Shown: positions 29,425 to 37,883 of the stretch, piece by piece
Numbering within the stretch: the first letter of the stretch is position 1
Layout of the letters: the number at the start of each line of letters is the position of its first letter
NCBI GenBank assembly: GCA_963662315.1
Contig: OY759353.1
Span: forward strand, 3,200,001-3,264,000
From: Geopsychrobacteraceae bacterium
GTDB lineage: Bacteria; Desulfobacterota; Desulfuromonadia; Desulfuromonadales; Geopsychrobacteraceae
DNA length: 64,000 nt
Reading direction: 5' to 3'
Position numbers and translations under genes: made by a program
The notes under the pieces: generated by a model
What the model saw: the letters and a program-made list of their open reading frames with translations, nothing else
Database searches by the model: none
Told to the model about the DNA's origin: nothing

Positions 29425-29543
29425 CCTTTTATGTACTATGTCCTGACAATTTATGTACATTGCGTTTGGCACTGTTTTTTGAGGGAATGGTTCAGATGTA
29501 GGTAAATGTTAAAAAAATCAGGGAGATAAGATCAGCGTTTTAG

Positions 29544-29560
29544 TTGGCATAGCTGCTGCT
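29544..29560 (+). promoter_or_regulatory. Sigma54 promoter for the small ORF-aas unit
   Basis: TTGGCAT-AGCTG-CTGCT with GG and GC at correct -24/-12 spacing. Confidence 0.7.
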
Positions 29561-29598
29561 TTTTGGGGTGATCAATAAAAAAATATTAGGAGGAAGAA

Positions 29599-29748
29599 AT
29601 GATCATCACGTTTGCTACGCCAACTATTGGTCAACGAAACATAACAACCCACCCCGTTAAGTCGCTGCCGGAGACAAAAACATGGCTGTTCCGTTGGCAG
29701 GCGACTCTACAAGGGGCTTGTTTGAACGCTGGAGGGGATCATGATTAA
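29599..29748 (+). CDS. Unannotated 49-aa small ORF overlapping the aas start
   Basis: AGGAGG SD then ATG; translates MIITFATPTIGQRNITTHPVKSLPETKTWLFRWQATLQGACLNAGGDHD*; stop lies 8 nt inside aas. Confidence 0.55.
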   Translation: MIITFATPTIGQRNITTHPVKSLPETKTWLFRWQATLQGACLNAGGDHD

Positions 29749-32700
29749 TCGTTTATCACTGTCACAATCATTTACCTGGTTGAATGTTACTCAGTTTTTC
29801 GGAGCTTTGAATGATAATCTGCTCAAGCTGCTGATTATCTTTTTCCTTATTGCTCTGAAAGGTGCTGATCACGCGACGGCTGTCGCGGCGACAACCGGTG
29901 CACTGTTTGTCGTACCATTTTTGCTGTTTTCCCCTGTTGCCGGGGCCCTGGCCGATAATTTAAGTAAGCAGAAGATCATTGTGGCGACCAAGATTCTCGA
30001 GGTTGTTATCGGTCTTTTGGGCATCACCGCATTTGCCCTTAGCAGTGAGCTTGGCTTGTATGCGGTCATGTTCCTGATGGCAACGCAGAGTGCTCTGTTC
30101 GGGCCGTCGAAGTATGGCATTGTGCCGGAACTGGTGCACCGTGACCAGTTATCCAAAGCGAACAGCCTGCTGGAGTCATTTACCTATATTGCGATTATCC
30201 TGGGCACTGCGCTGGCTCCGCTATTGGTTCAGGTCAGCGCCAATAATTATCGTCTGGCGGCCCAGTCCTGTATCCTTTTTTCACTTTTGGGACTTGCTGC
30301 CAGCTGGAAGATAGAGAAAACCCGGCCTGCAGGGACACAACGCTCTCTGAGTGTCAACATTGTGGCTGAGGTCAAGTCTTCATTGGCGGAGCTGCATGGT
30401 GATAAATACCTGCTCGCCGCCATCCTCGGCTCTGCTTATTTTCTGTTTCTTGGTGCTTTTGCCCAGATCAACCTGATTCCATTCGGGATGCAGGTTCATC
30501 AGTTGACCCAAGAGCATGCTGGCTATCTGTTTTTGCTGTCCGCATTGGGCATAGGGATCGGCTCTTTTCTGTCTGGAAGGTTGTCCGGCCGCAATGTCGA
30601 GTTTGGGGTTGTGCCGTTGGGGGCTCTGGGATTAGCCATTTGCTCTACTGGTTTATTCCTGGTGCCGCCTAACCTGATTGTGCATAGCATTTTGATTCTG
30701 TTGTTCGGTATCAGTGCCGGTCTGTTCCTGGTCCCGTTGCATGCTTTCGTGCAATGGCGCGCTCCACGTGAAAAGCTGGGGCGTATTCTGGCTGCTGGAA
30801 GTTTTCTGAGCTGGTGTGGGGTGTTGCTGGCCTCAGCTTTATCGGCCTTTTTGGATGGCGTGCTTGGCATGACGGCCGCCCAGTCTTTTTTGCTTCTTGG
30901 TCTGTTAACCTTTGTTCTGACTTTTGTATCGCTATGGATTTTGCCTGATTTTCTACTGCGTTTTGTCGCCCTGCTGACCATGCGTCTGGTGTATCGATTC
31001 CGTGTTGTCGGAGCCGAACACGTCCCCAGTGAAGGGCCTGCGTTGCTGGTTCCTAACCACGCTTCCTGGATCGATGCTCTGCTGTTGCTGGCGACCCAGC
31101 AGCGGCGCATTCGTTTTATCATGCATCAGGATATTTATCAGAATCGTCTGCTGCGTCCGTTGTTCCGTTTGATGGGTGTTATTCCCGTGGCTCCCGGTGG
31201 TAGCAAACGACAGATGGTTGAGTTTATCAAGGCCTCACGCCAGGCTTTGGACGCTGGCTATCTGGTGTGCATCTTTGCCGAGGGGATGATCACCCGCAAC
31301 GGTATGCTGCATCAGTTCCAGGGTGGTTTTGAGGCGATTCTTAAAGGGAGTGATCATCCGGTCATTCCGGTTTTTCTTGGTGGCGCCTGGGGAACCATCT
31401 TCAGCTACGCGCATGGCAAGCCGTTCAGTAAATTACCGACCAGTTTCCCCTATGAGATTGGCGTCCATTTCGGTTCCCCCTTGCCCAGCACCTGTAAGTC
31501 GGCTGATGTTCAGCAGGCGGTGGCGGAACTGAACAATGATTATTTTGATGTCCAGCTGGAGCGTCGTACCTCGCTTATTGATATGTTTATTACCACCGCG
31601 CGCAATAACTGGACGCGGCGGGCGCTTAGCGACAGTAGCGGTAAAAACTTAAGTTACGGGCAAACCCTGTGTGCTGCACTGGCGCTGCGTGATCGGTTGG
31701 CGGGCGCTTTGGAGGGGGAGGAGAATATCGGCTTGTTGCTGCCGTCGTCAGTGGGGGGTGCGCTGGCCAATCTGGCGCTTCCGTTACTGGGCAAGGTGCC
31801 GATCAATATCAACTATACCGCTTCCCCTGAAGCAGTGGAATCTGCTCTGGAACAGTGCCAGATTAAGACACTGGTGACCAGTCGCAAGTTTGCTGAACGT
31901 TTCCCACAGTTGCCGCTGCCTCAGAACGTTTTATATTTGGAGGACCTGCTGCGGCCATTGGGTAAGAACGCGCGGATGCAGCTCTTTTTACGGGCGCGCT
32001 TTATGCCTGCGGCTATGCTGTTGTCAGGGCCACGTAAACAGGGTGCTGCGCTGGCGACCATCATTTTTTCCTCCGGCAGTACCGGCGAGCCGAAAGGGGT
32101 ACAGCTCAGTCAGCATAATATCATCTCCAACCTGGAGGCGATTCGTAGCGTTGCCGCTATTGGACCGGATGACAATGTTTGCAGTGCCCTGCCTTTTTTT
32201 CATGCCCTTGGCTACACGGCGACCTTGTGGTTACCTTTGTTGAGCGGTTTTTCAGCCTGTTATCATGTTAACCCCATGGAGGCCGCTGCCATTACCAAGT
32301 TGGTGCGGCAGCATAAATCGACATTGTTACTGACCACGCCGACCTTTCTGTCGACCTATATGCGTAAGGCCAAGCCTGAAGATTTTGCTTCCTTGCGATT
32401 GGTAGTGACGGGAGCAGAAAAGCTCAAAGATCAGCTTGCTGATAACTTTAATGACAAGTATGGCATTCGCCCTCTTGAAGGTTACGGTGCTACCGAGCTG
32501 GCCCCCCTGATTACCTTGAGTCTGCCGAATGTCAATCGCAATGGTGTTAAGCAGGCCGGTCATAAGCGGGGCAGTGTCGGGCGTCCGATCCCGGGAGTTG
32601 TGGTCCGGGTTGTTGATCCTGAGACCGATGAGCCGGTGCCCCAGGGAACTGCTGGTCTCATCCTGGTCAAGGGGCCGAACCTGATGACCGGTTATCTCAA

Positions 32701-33124
32701 CCGTCCGGATAAGACCGCTGAGGCGATCCGTAATGGCTGGTATGTTACCGGTGATATCGGTCATGTTGATGCTGATGGGTTTCTGCATATCACCGATCGC
32801 CTGGCACGTTTCAGCAAGGTTGGCGGAGAGATGGTTCCCCATATCAAGGTGGAAGAACTCTTTTACCGTGAGCTGGGTTTGGTCACAAACAGCCTGGCTG
32901 TCACGTCCCTGCCTGACGATAAAAAGGGGGAACGGCTGGTGGTGCTTTATACCGCCGAAGCCGGTGAGCTGGAGGTGTTACAGCGAGTCAGTCGTGAGGC
33001 CGATGTGCCGAACCTGTGGCGGCCGCAGCAGGACAGCTTTGTCCGTGTCGACGCGTTGCCGTTACTGGGTACTGGCAAGCTTGACCTGCAGGGATTGCGG
33101 CGTCTGGCTGAAGCTTCTGCCTGA
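29741..33124 (+). CDS. aas: LplT-like MFS / PlsC acyltransferase / acyl-ACP synthetase fusion (Aas-type lysophospholipid recycling)
   Basis: QFFGALNDN and FGPSKYGIVPE (MFS); NHASWID and FAEG (acyltransferase); FSSGSTGEPKG, EGYGATE, TGDIG, GTGKLD (adenylation). Confidence 0.92.
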   Translation: MINRLSLSQSFTWLNVTQFFGALNDNLLKLLIIFFLIALKGADHATAVAATTGALFVVPFLLFSPVAGALADNLSKQKIIVATKILEVVIGLLGITAFALSSELGLYAVMFLMATQSALFGPSKYGIVPELVHRDQLSKANSLLESFTYIAIILGTALAPLLVQVSANNYRLAAQSCILFSLLGLAASWKIEKTRPAGTQRSLSVNIVAEVKSSLAELHGDKYLLAAILGSAYFLFLGAFAQINLIPFGMQVHQLTQEHAGYLFLLSALGIGIGSFLSGRLSGRNVEFGVVPLGALGLAICSTGLFLVPPNLIVHSILILLFGISAGLFLVPLHAFVQWRAPREKLGRILAAGSFLSWCGVLLASALSAFLDGVLGMTAAQSFLLLGLLTFVLTFVSLWILPDFLLRFVALLTMRLVYRFRVVGAEHVPSEGPALLVPNHASWIDALLLLATQQRRIRFIMHQDIYQNRLLRPLFRLMGVIPVAPGGSKRQMVEFIKASRQALDAGYLVCIFAEGMITRNGMLHQFQGGFEAILKGSDHPVIPVFLGGAWGTIFSYAHGKPFSKLPTSFPYEIGVHFGSPLPSTCKSADVQQAVAELNNDYFDVQLERRTSLIDMFITTARNNWTRRALSDSSGKNLSYGQTLCAALALRDRLAGALEGEENIGLLLPSSVGGALANLALPLLGKVPININYTASPEAVESALEQCQIKTLVTSRKFAERFPQLPLPQNVLYLEDLLRPLGKNARMQLFLRARFMPAAMLLSGPRKQGAALATIIFSSGSTGEPKGVQLSQHNIISNLEAIRSVAAIGPDDNVCSALPFFHALGYTATLWLPLLSGFSACYHVNPMEAAAITKLVRQHKSTLLLTTPTFLSTYMRKAKPEDFASLRLVVTGAEKLKDQLADNFNDKYGIRPLEGYGATELAPLITLSLPNVNRNGVKQAGHKRGSVGRPIPGVVVRVVDPETDEPVPQGTAGLILVKGPNLMTGYLNRPDKTAEAIRNGWYVTGDIGHVDADGFLHITDRLARFSKVGGEMVPHIKVEELFYRELGLVTNSLAVTSLPDDKKGERLVVLYTAEAGELEVLQRVSREADVPNLWRPQQDSFVRVDALPLLGTGKLDLQGLRRLAEASA

Positions 33125-34582
33125 TTATTGCTCCTGAATATACTTTTTCACCGTGCGCCGATCGAGGTTAGAGCGGCGCGCGACTTCTTCATAGGTTCCG
33201 AATTTGCGATACAGTTCCTGGCAGTAACGGGTCATCAGCTGCTGGGCATCGACATTCTCCAGCAGGTTTTTCAGGGGGGCTTCCGACTCCGGCGTCGCGC
33301 AGGGATCGCCCTGATAGCTGCCATTGAGAAGAATTCTCCTGATTGCCTGTTCCAGTTCCCTGACATTGCCGGGCCAGTGGTATTCCGCTGGCAGATGGGT
33401 CTCAAGTGCTGTGCGGATCAAGTGACCTGTCTGGTGATCTGCTGAGCCGAGGATCCTGGGGAGCAGGTGTGCCAACAGATGATGGAGGGTCTTGCGGTCC
33501 TCCTTAAGCTGCTGGCGTAGTGATGGGACTTCGATAACATCAGAGCAGAGGCGATAGTAAAAATCATCACGGAAATTACCGGCCTGGCGCAGTTCGGCCA
33601 GGGGGCGGTTGGTGGCGGCAACGATACGGCCGCGGAACTGCCTGGTTTCGTGACTGCCAACCGGTGAAAAAGTCCGCTCCTGAAGAACCTTGAGGAGTTT
33701 GATCTGGACCGGGACCGAAACATCGCCAATTTCATCGAGAAAAATCGTTCCGTAAGGGACGCAACGGGAGAAAATCCCCATGTGGTTATCAATGGCGCCG
33801 GTGAAGGCGCCTTTTTTGTGCCCGAACAACTCAGACTCAATCAGTGCTTCTGGGTATTGGGACAGATTGATGGAAATGAAATTACGGGTGAAGCTTTCGC
33901 TAAAGCGCCCGGTTTTTTCATTGAAGGGAATAAATCCCGACCGGCCAATGGCTGCCGCTGCAGCTCCTTTGCCGGTTCCGGTTTCGCCAAGCAGCAGGGT
34001 GGAAAAATCTTCCATGTGATCCCAGAGCTGCTGCTCGTAACGGCGACAGTCAAAGGTAAAGACATTATTCCATAAAGCGCAGCGCAATCGGCGTAGCGCG
34101 GGACTCTCCCCAACCAGTTTGCCGATGAAGAAGAAGGCTCGACGCAGCTGGTAGAAAAAGGCCAGGTAGTGGCGTGCTTCCTGAGCTTTAAATCCATAGG
34201 TGCGTAAATTTTCTAAAAGTTCCCCGGAAAATGGCACCGGGCAGGGCTCGTCTCCCTGTCTGATCTGTTGTTGAATAAGCTCGTCAAATGCGTCCATGTA
34301 GTAATGAAACTGGGAAAACAGCAGGGCCAGTTTCAGGCTTTCGCGGTCTCGGTCGGCAAATAATGCCAGGTTTGCCTGGCCTCGGCGTTCCAAGGCACTG
34401 ATCTGCTCAGTTACAGATCGTATGGCGGATTTGAGGAGGTCCGGGCCGGGACTTTTGGTCAGGCCCGCCAGTTGTTGATCCAGAATCGCGCGCTGGGCGC
34501 TGAACGGATTGCAAAAGGCTGTTTCGCTGACCAGGGTAAAATAATTCTGCTCTTGGGATGAGAGTCGTTGGTAAGTTGTCAT
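33125..34582 (-). CDS. Sigma54 enhancer-binding protein with a non-receiver N-terminal domain (PspF-like context)
   Basis: GETGTGK, ESELFGHKKGAFTGA, FLDEIG, WPGNVREL, C-terminal HTH (LDRRTVKK). Confidence 0.9.
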   Translation of the reverse strand: MTTYQRLSSQEQNYFTLVSETAFCNPFSAQRAILDQQLAGLTKSPGPDLLKSAIRSVTEQISALERRGQANLALFADRDRESLKLALLFSQFHYYMDAFDELIQQQIRQGDEPCPVPFSGELLENLRTYGFKAQEARHYLAFFYQLRRAFFFIGKLVGESPALRRLRCALWNNVFTFDCRRYEQQLWDHMEDFSTLLLGETGTGKGAAAAAIGRSGFIPFNEKTGRFSESFTRNFISINLSQYPEALIESELFGHKKGAFTGAIDNHMGIFSRCVPYGTIFLDEIGDVSVPVQIKLLKVLQERTFSPVGSHETRQFRGRIVAATNRPLAELRQAGNFRDDFYYRLCSDVIEVPSLRQQLKEDRKTLHHLLAHLLPRILGSADHQTGHLIRTALETHLPAEYHWPGNVRELEQAIRRILLNGSYQGDPCATPESEAPLKNLLENVDAQQLMTRYCQELYRKFGTYEEVARRSNLDRRTVKKYIQEQ

Positions 34583-34606
34583 GCATAATGTGTATATCAG
34601 CTATGC

Positions 34607-34636
34607 ATTTTATGCTACTGGAAATTTGCATAAAAT
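34607..34636. promoter_or_regulatory. Inverted repeat, candidate activator binding site
   Basis: ATTTTATGC-N12-GCATAAAAT between the activator start and the pspA sigma54 promoter. Confidence 0.55.
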
Positions 34637-34702
34637 ATGGACTGAGGTGTCTTTAATTGTGAAACCTGTTGGAAATTCATACTGTTATGATATCTCTGAA
34701 AG

Positions 34703-34719
34703 GTGGCATGCCTCCTGCG
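34703..34719 (+). promoter_or_regulatory. Sigma54 promoter for the pspA-like operon
   Basis: GTGGCAT-GCCTC-CTGCG with correct GG/GC spacing, 34 bp before the ATG. Confidence 0.7.
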
Positions 34720-34752
34720 TTGAATGAAAGGAAACATACACAGGAGGAAAAT

Positions 34753-35400
34753 ATGAAAACCATTAAGCGTTGGACAACAGGAATTTTTTCGCGGGTGGAC
34801 TGGGCTGTCAATCAAATTGAAAACCAGGAGGCTTTGATTAATGGTGTTTTGAAGGAATCACGTGAGGCCGTAGCGAAAGCCAAAGTCCACATGGCGCGTG
34901 TACAGCAGGATGGGGCACGGCTGCAACAGGCGCTACTGGTCGAAGAGGAGAATATTTTACGCTGGCGATCCCGGGCAACGCAGAGTGCCAAAACTGACGA
35001 GCAGCGTGCTCTGGAATGTTTGAAGCGCAGTAAGCTGGCCGTGGCTCAACGTGATCGTTTGGCTTTGCGGGTTAAGGAGCATCGCCAGATTGAGGAACGC
35101 CTTGGTAAGGATGTTGCGACCCTGGAAGGGCGTTTGACCGAGTGTCTCGAAAAGCGCAATCTGCTGCGGGTGCGTCAGTCGCGGGCGGAAGCGCTGACCA
35201 GTATTCAGACCTGTCATGCGGAGGCAGGTTCGGATGTTGATGATATTTTTGATCGTTGGGAAATACGTCTTACTGAAAAAGAGCTTGCGACAGAAGCGGT
35301 TGGCTCTGTGGACTCCTTTGAGGAGTCCTTTGTGGTGGCAGAAAGTGATGCTGAGCTGCGTAGCGAGCTGCAGCAGTTACTTGAAAGTCAGAACGCCTAA
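34753..35400 (+). CDS. PspA/IM30 (ESCRT-III-like) family protein
   Basis: 215-aa coiled coil with IENQEA, W..RA...DE..A...L.R, FDRWE.R.. and ELQQL patterns; AGGAGG SD; divergent from a sigma54 activator. Confidence 0.8.
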   Translation: MKTIKRWTTGIFSRVDWAVNQIENQEALINGVLKESREAVAKAKVHMARVQQDGARLQQALLVEEENILRWRSRATQSAKTDEQRALECLKRSKLAVAQRDRLALRVKEHRQIEERLGKDVATLEGRLTECLEKRNLLRVRQSRAEALTSIQTCHAEAGSDVDDIFDRWEIRLTEKELATEAVGSVDSFEESFVVAESDAELRSELQQLLESQNA

Positions 35401-35418
35401 CCGGTCAGGGAGTCAGTT

Positions 35419-36783
35419 ATGATGAAAGTTCGCGAGGCTGAATTTCAATTCGAGGTCGAGTTTTCTGAAGACGGTAATTGCCAGGGGGCTGGGCCAAAAA
35501 GAAGATTATTTGCGGGGCAGACGGTTTCACGTTTGTTGCGTGGCGTCGGGGCCTTGATTATTGTGGTGTCGGCAGCCTCTTTTCTGTTTAAGCACTGGAC
35601 ACCGGGAAGTGATTTGCAACGATACCTGTTTCTACTTGGATTTACGGTGATCTTATCAGTGGGGGGACTGTTTTGCGGTCTGACTCTGAAGGAAAGCAAG
35701 GGGGCCCGCACTCTGCTGGGTTTGACCCTCGCCGTGACACCGATCAACTTTGCCGTTATGGCGGCGTTTCTTTATTCGCAGTTTTCCTGGGACGGTCCTT
35801 TCTCCCGCTTACCCGATTATGCAACCTGGGTCGCTAACAGTCCGCTTATGGCGGTGGTGGCAACCGTTTGTGGGGTCGCGCTTCTGGTTCCTCTGGGACA
35901 TTTCTCTTTTATGGCTTTGGGGCGCAAATATGCCCGGTTGTTGTCGATAACATTTCTGCTTGGTAATGGGACGTTATTGTTGCCCACTCGTCAACCTGGA
36001 GTCATTGCGGCTGTTTTCTTGATATTGGTTATATGGCTGGTTAGCGCAGAAATGCGCTGGTTCGGGAAAGGGATGACTTTGCGCACGGCTGACGGAGCGC
36101 TTGCCAGAGGCATACTGTGGATTCCGGCACTTATCGTGGTTGGAAGGAGTTGTTACTTCTATGCGCCGAGTCAGCTGTTTGGTTCTGTTGTTCTGGTGGG
36201 GGGTGGCCTACTGAGCTTTTTGCTGCTTCCTCAATTCACCATGCGTGAGAAGTGGCAGAAGGCATGTCAGGGTTGTGGCGCTGTGCTGGCCGGGCTGGCC
36301 TGGATCAATGCGGCCGAGGTTGGCTTGCATGGTTCATTGATCGGTTATCGCTACGAGATTTTGGCTATGTTTCTGCCGTTAGCTGGCGTGTTATGGTTCT
36401 TGGGTAAATATGCGATTGGCAGTGGCGATGGTTATCGACGCCTGGCAGCCCTTATTGCTGTGGCTGCTGGTGTCATTAATCTGGTTGCTTATCCTGGTTT
36501 CACCATGGCTGTGCTGTGCCTGTTGCTTGCCGTTGGTGTTGTGGTGGCTGGCTATCTGCTCGAACAGAAAGTTGTGTTTGGCGGTGGTGTTCTGGGTTGC
36601 CTGGTGGCTATCGCTTACCAGTTCAAGATGTTATTCAGCCACTTCTCCTTGGGAGGCTGGAGTAGTCTGATGGTTGTGGGAGTCCTGATTATTGTGTCGG
36701 CGTCGGTCATGGAGCGACATGGCAGGGTGATGAAGGAGACATTGATGCGGGGACACAAAGAATTCAAGCGTTGGGGGCATTGA
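35419..36783 (+). CDS. Polytopic integral membrane protein of unknown function
   Basis: Roughly 13-14 hydrophobic segments; 18 bp after pspA; GGGAG SD. Confidence 0.8.
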   Translation: MMKVREAEFQFEVEFSEDGNCQGAGPKRRLFAGQTVSRLLRGVGALIIVVSAASFLFKHWTPGSDLQRYLFLLGFTVILSVGGLFCGLTLKESKGARTLLGLTLAVTPINFAVMAAFLYSQFSWDGPFSRLPDYATWVANSPLMAVVATVCGVALLVPLGHFSFMALGRKYARLLSITFLLGNGTLLLPTRQPGVIAAVFLILVIWLVSAEMRWFGKGMTLRTADGALARGILWIPALIVVGRSCYFYAPSQLFGSVVLVGGGLLSFLLLPQFTMREKWQKACQGCGAVLAGLAWINAAEVGLHGSLIGYRYEILAMFLPLAGVLWFLGKYAIGSGDGYRRLAALIAVAAGVINLVAYPGFTMAVLCLLLAVGVVVAGYLLEQKVVFGGGVLGCLVAIAYQFKMLFSHFSLGGWSSLMVVGVLIIVSASVMERHGRVMKETLMRGHKEFKRWGH

Positions 36784-36815
36784 TTTCTAACTCGGTTTGG
36801 TCGACAGGGAACCTG

Positions 36816-36849
36816 GCAGGCACAACCACTTGGTGGTGATTGTGCCTGC
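36816..36849. terminator. Hairpin ending the pspA operon / convergent gene
   Basis: GCAGGCACAA-CCAC...GTGG..TTGTGCCTGC. Confidence 0.65.
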
Positions 36850-36880
36850 TCTTTAAGAGGTTACTTTATGGGGTTGGCTG

Positions 36881-37450
36881 TTAAGCGGGAGTCAGGTCAG
36901 CCTGCCAGTAAATATCGGCTTTGCCATGGTCATTGCACAACCGGGCCCAGACAAAGCAAAGATCGGACAGGCGGTTAATAAATTTTAGGCAGAGGGGATT
37001 GATCTCTTCTTCTGCTGCAAGGATAACCATCTCCCGCTCGCAACGTCTGGTCACTGTACGGGCCAGGTGCAGGTTGGCTGCTGCCCGTGATCCCCCGGGC
37101 AGGATGAAGTTAGAGGCCGGCGTCAGTTTGTCTCGGGCTTGTTCCAGCCAGGTTTCGATACGGTCGATCTGCTGCTGCTTCATATGCGGGACCTGCGCGT
37201 AGCTGTCGCTGTCCATGGGGGTGGCGAGTTCGCTACCCAGATTAAAGAGCTCGTTTTGCAGTTGCAGGAGATTTGTCGCTATTTCTTCTGGCAATGGTTC
37301 ACAACGAACGATTCCAAGGATTGAGTTGAGTTCATCAACGGAGCCATAGGTGTTGACACGTTGCGAGCCTTTAGAAACCCGGGCGCCATTGACCAGGCTG
37401 GTTTGACCCTGATCGCCACCACGAGTCATGATTTTATCAAGCTTAGGCAT
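36881..37450 (-). CDS. PduO-type ATP:cob(I)alamin adenosyltransferase
   Basis: TRGGDQGQTSL, YGSVDELNS, FILPGG, RTVTRRCER, NRLSD. Confidence 0.9.
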   Translation of the reverse strand: MPKLDKIMTRGGDQGQTSLVNGARVSKGSQRVNTYGSVDELNSILGIVRCEPLPEEIATNLLQLQNELFNLGSELATPMDSDSYAQVPHMKQQQIDRIETWLEQARDKLTPASNFILPGGSRAAANLHLARTVTRRCEREMVILAAEEEINPLCLKFINRLSDLCFVWARLCNDHGKADIYWQADLTPA

Positions 37451-37823
37451 GTTACCCTCCCTGTTCGATGTTGATTAGGCCTGGATGTAATCCTGACTCA
37501 AAAGGTAGGTTAAAGTCTAGGTTTTGCAACCAGAAAATTAACCTGCCGCTGATTTGCAGAAATGCAAAAATACGATTAAAGACTATTTTTTATGAAAAAC
37601 AGCGTTATTTTAACCGTGCGTACATTGTTATTGTTGTAAATATGATAAGTGAAAATAGGTACTTGCGAAAATAACACTTTTCTAAAAAAATAACATACAG
37701 AAAGCTGAATAGCTAATATTTTGCATTTTTGCAAAAAATACCCTTTCTAAAGGTACTTTTCTAAACGCCTGAAAAATCAACCTATACCCCTGTAATTTCA
37801 ACAGTTAATTCGATTTCTGAAAA

Positions 37824-37840
37824 TTGGTATGCGCTTTGCC
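37824..37840 (+). promoter_or_regulatory. Sigma54 promoter for the OFA transporter operon
   Basis: TTGGTAT-GCGCT-TTGCC; upstream TTGCA-N4-TGCAA palindromes at 37554-37567 and 37721-37734. Confidence 0.7.
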
Positions 37841-37883
37841 TCTGTTGCATTGAGTCTGTTTGCAACGCAATGAGGAGGTCGGT

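Noticed and set aside
29466..29482. Second sigma54 promoter TTGGCAC-TGTTT-TTTGA
   Set aside because: It lacks the conserved GC at -12
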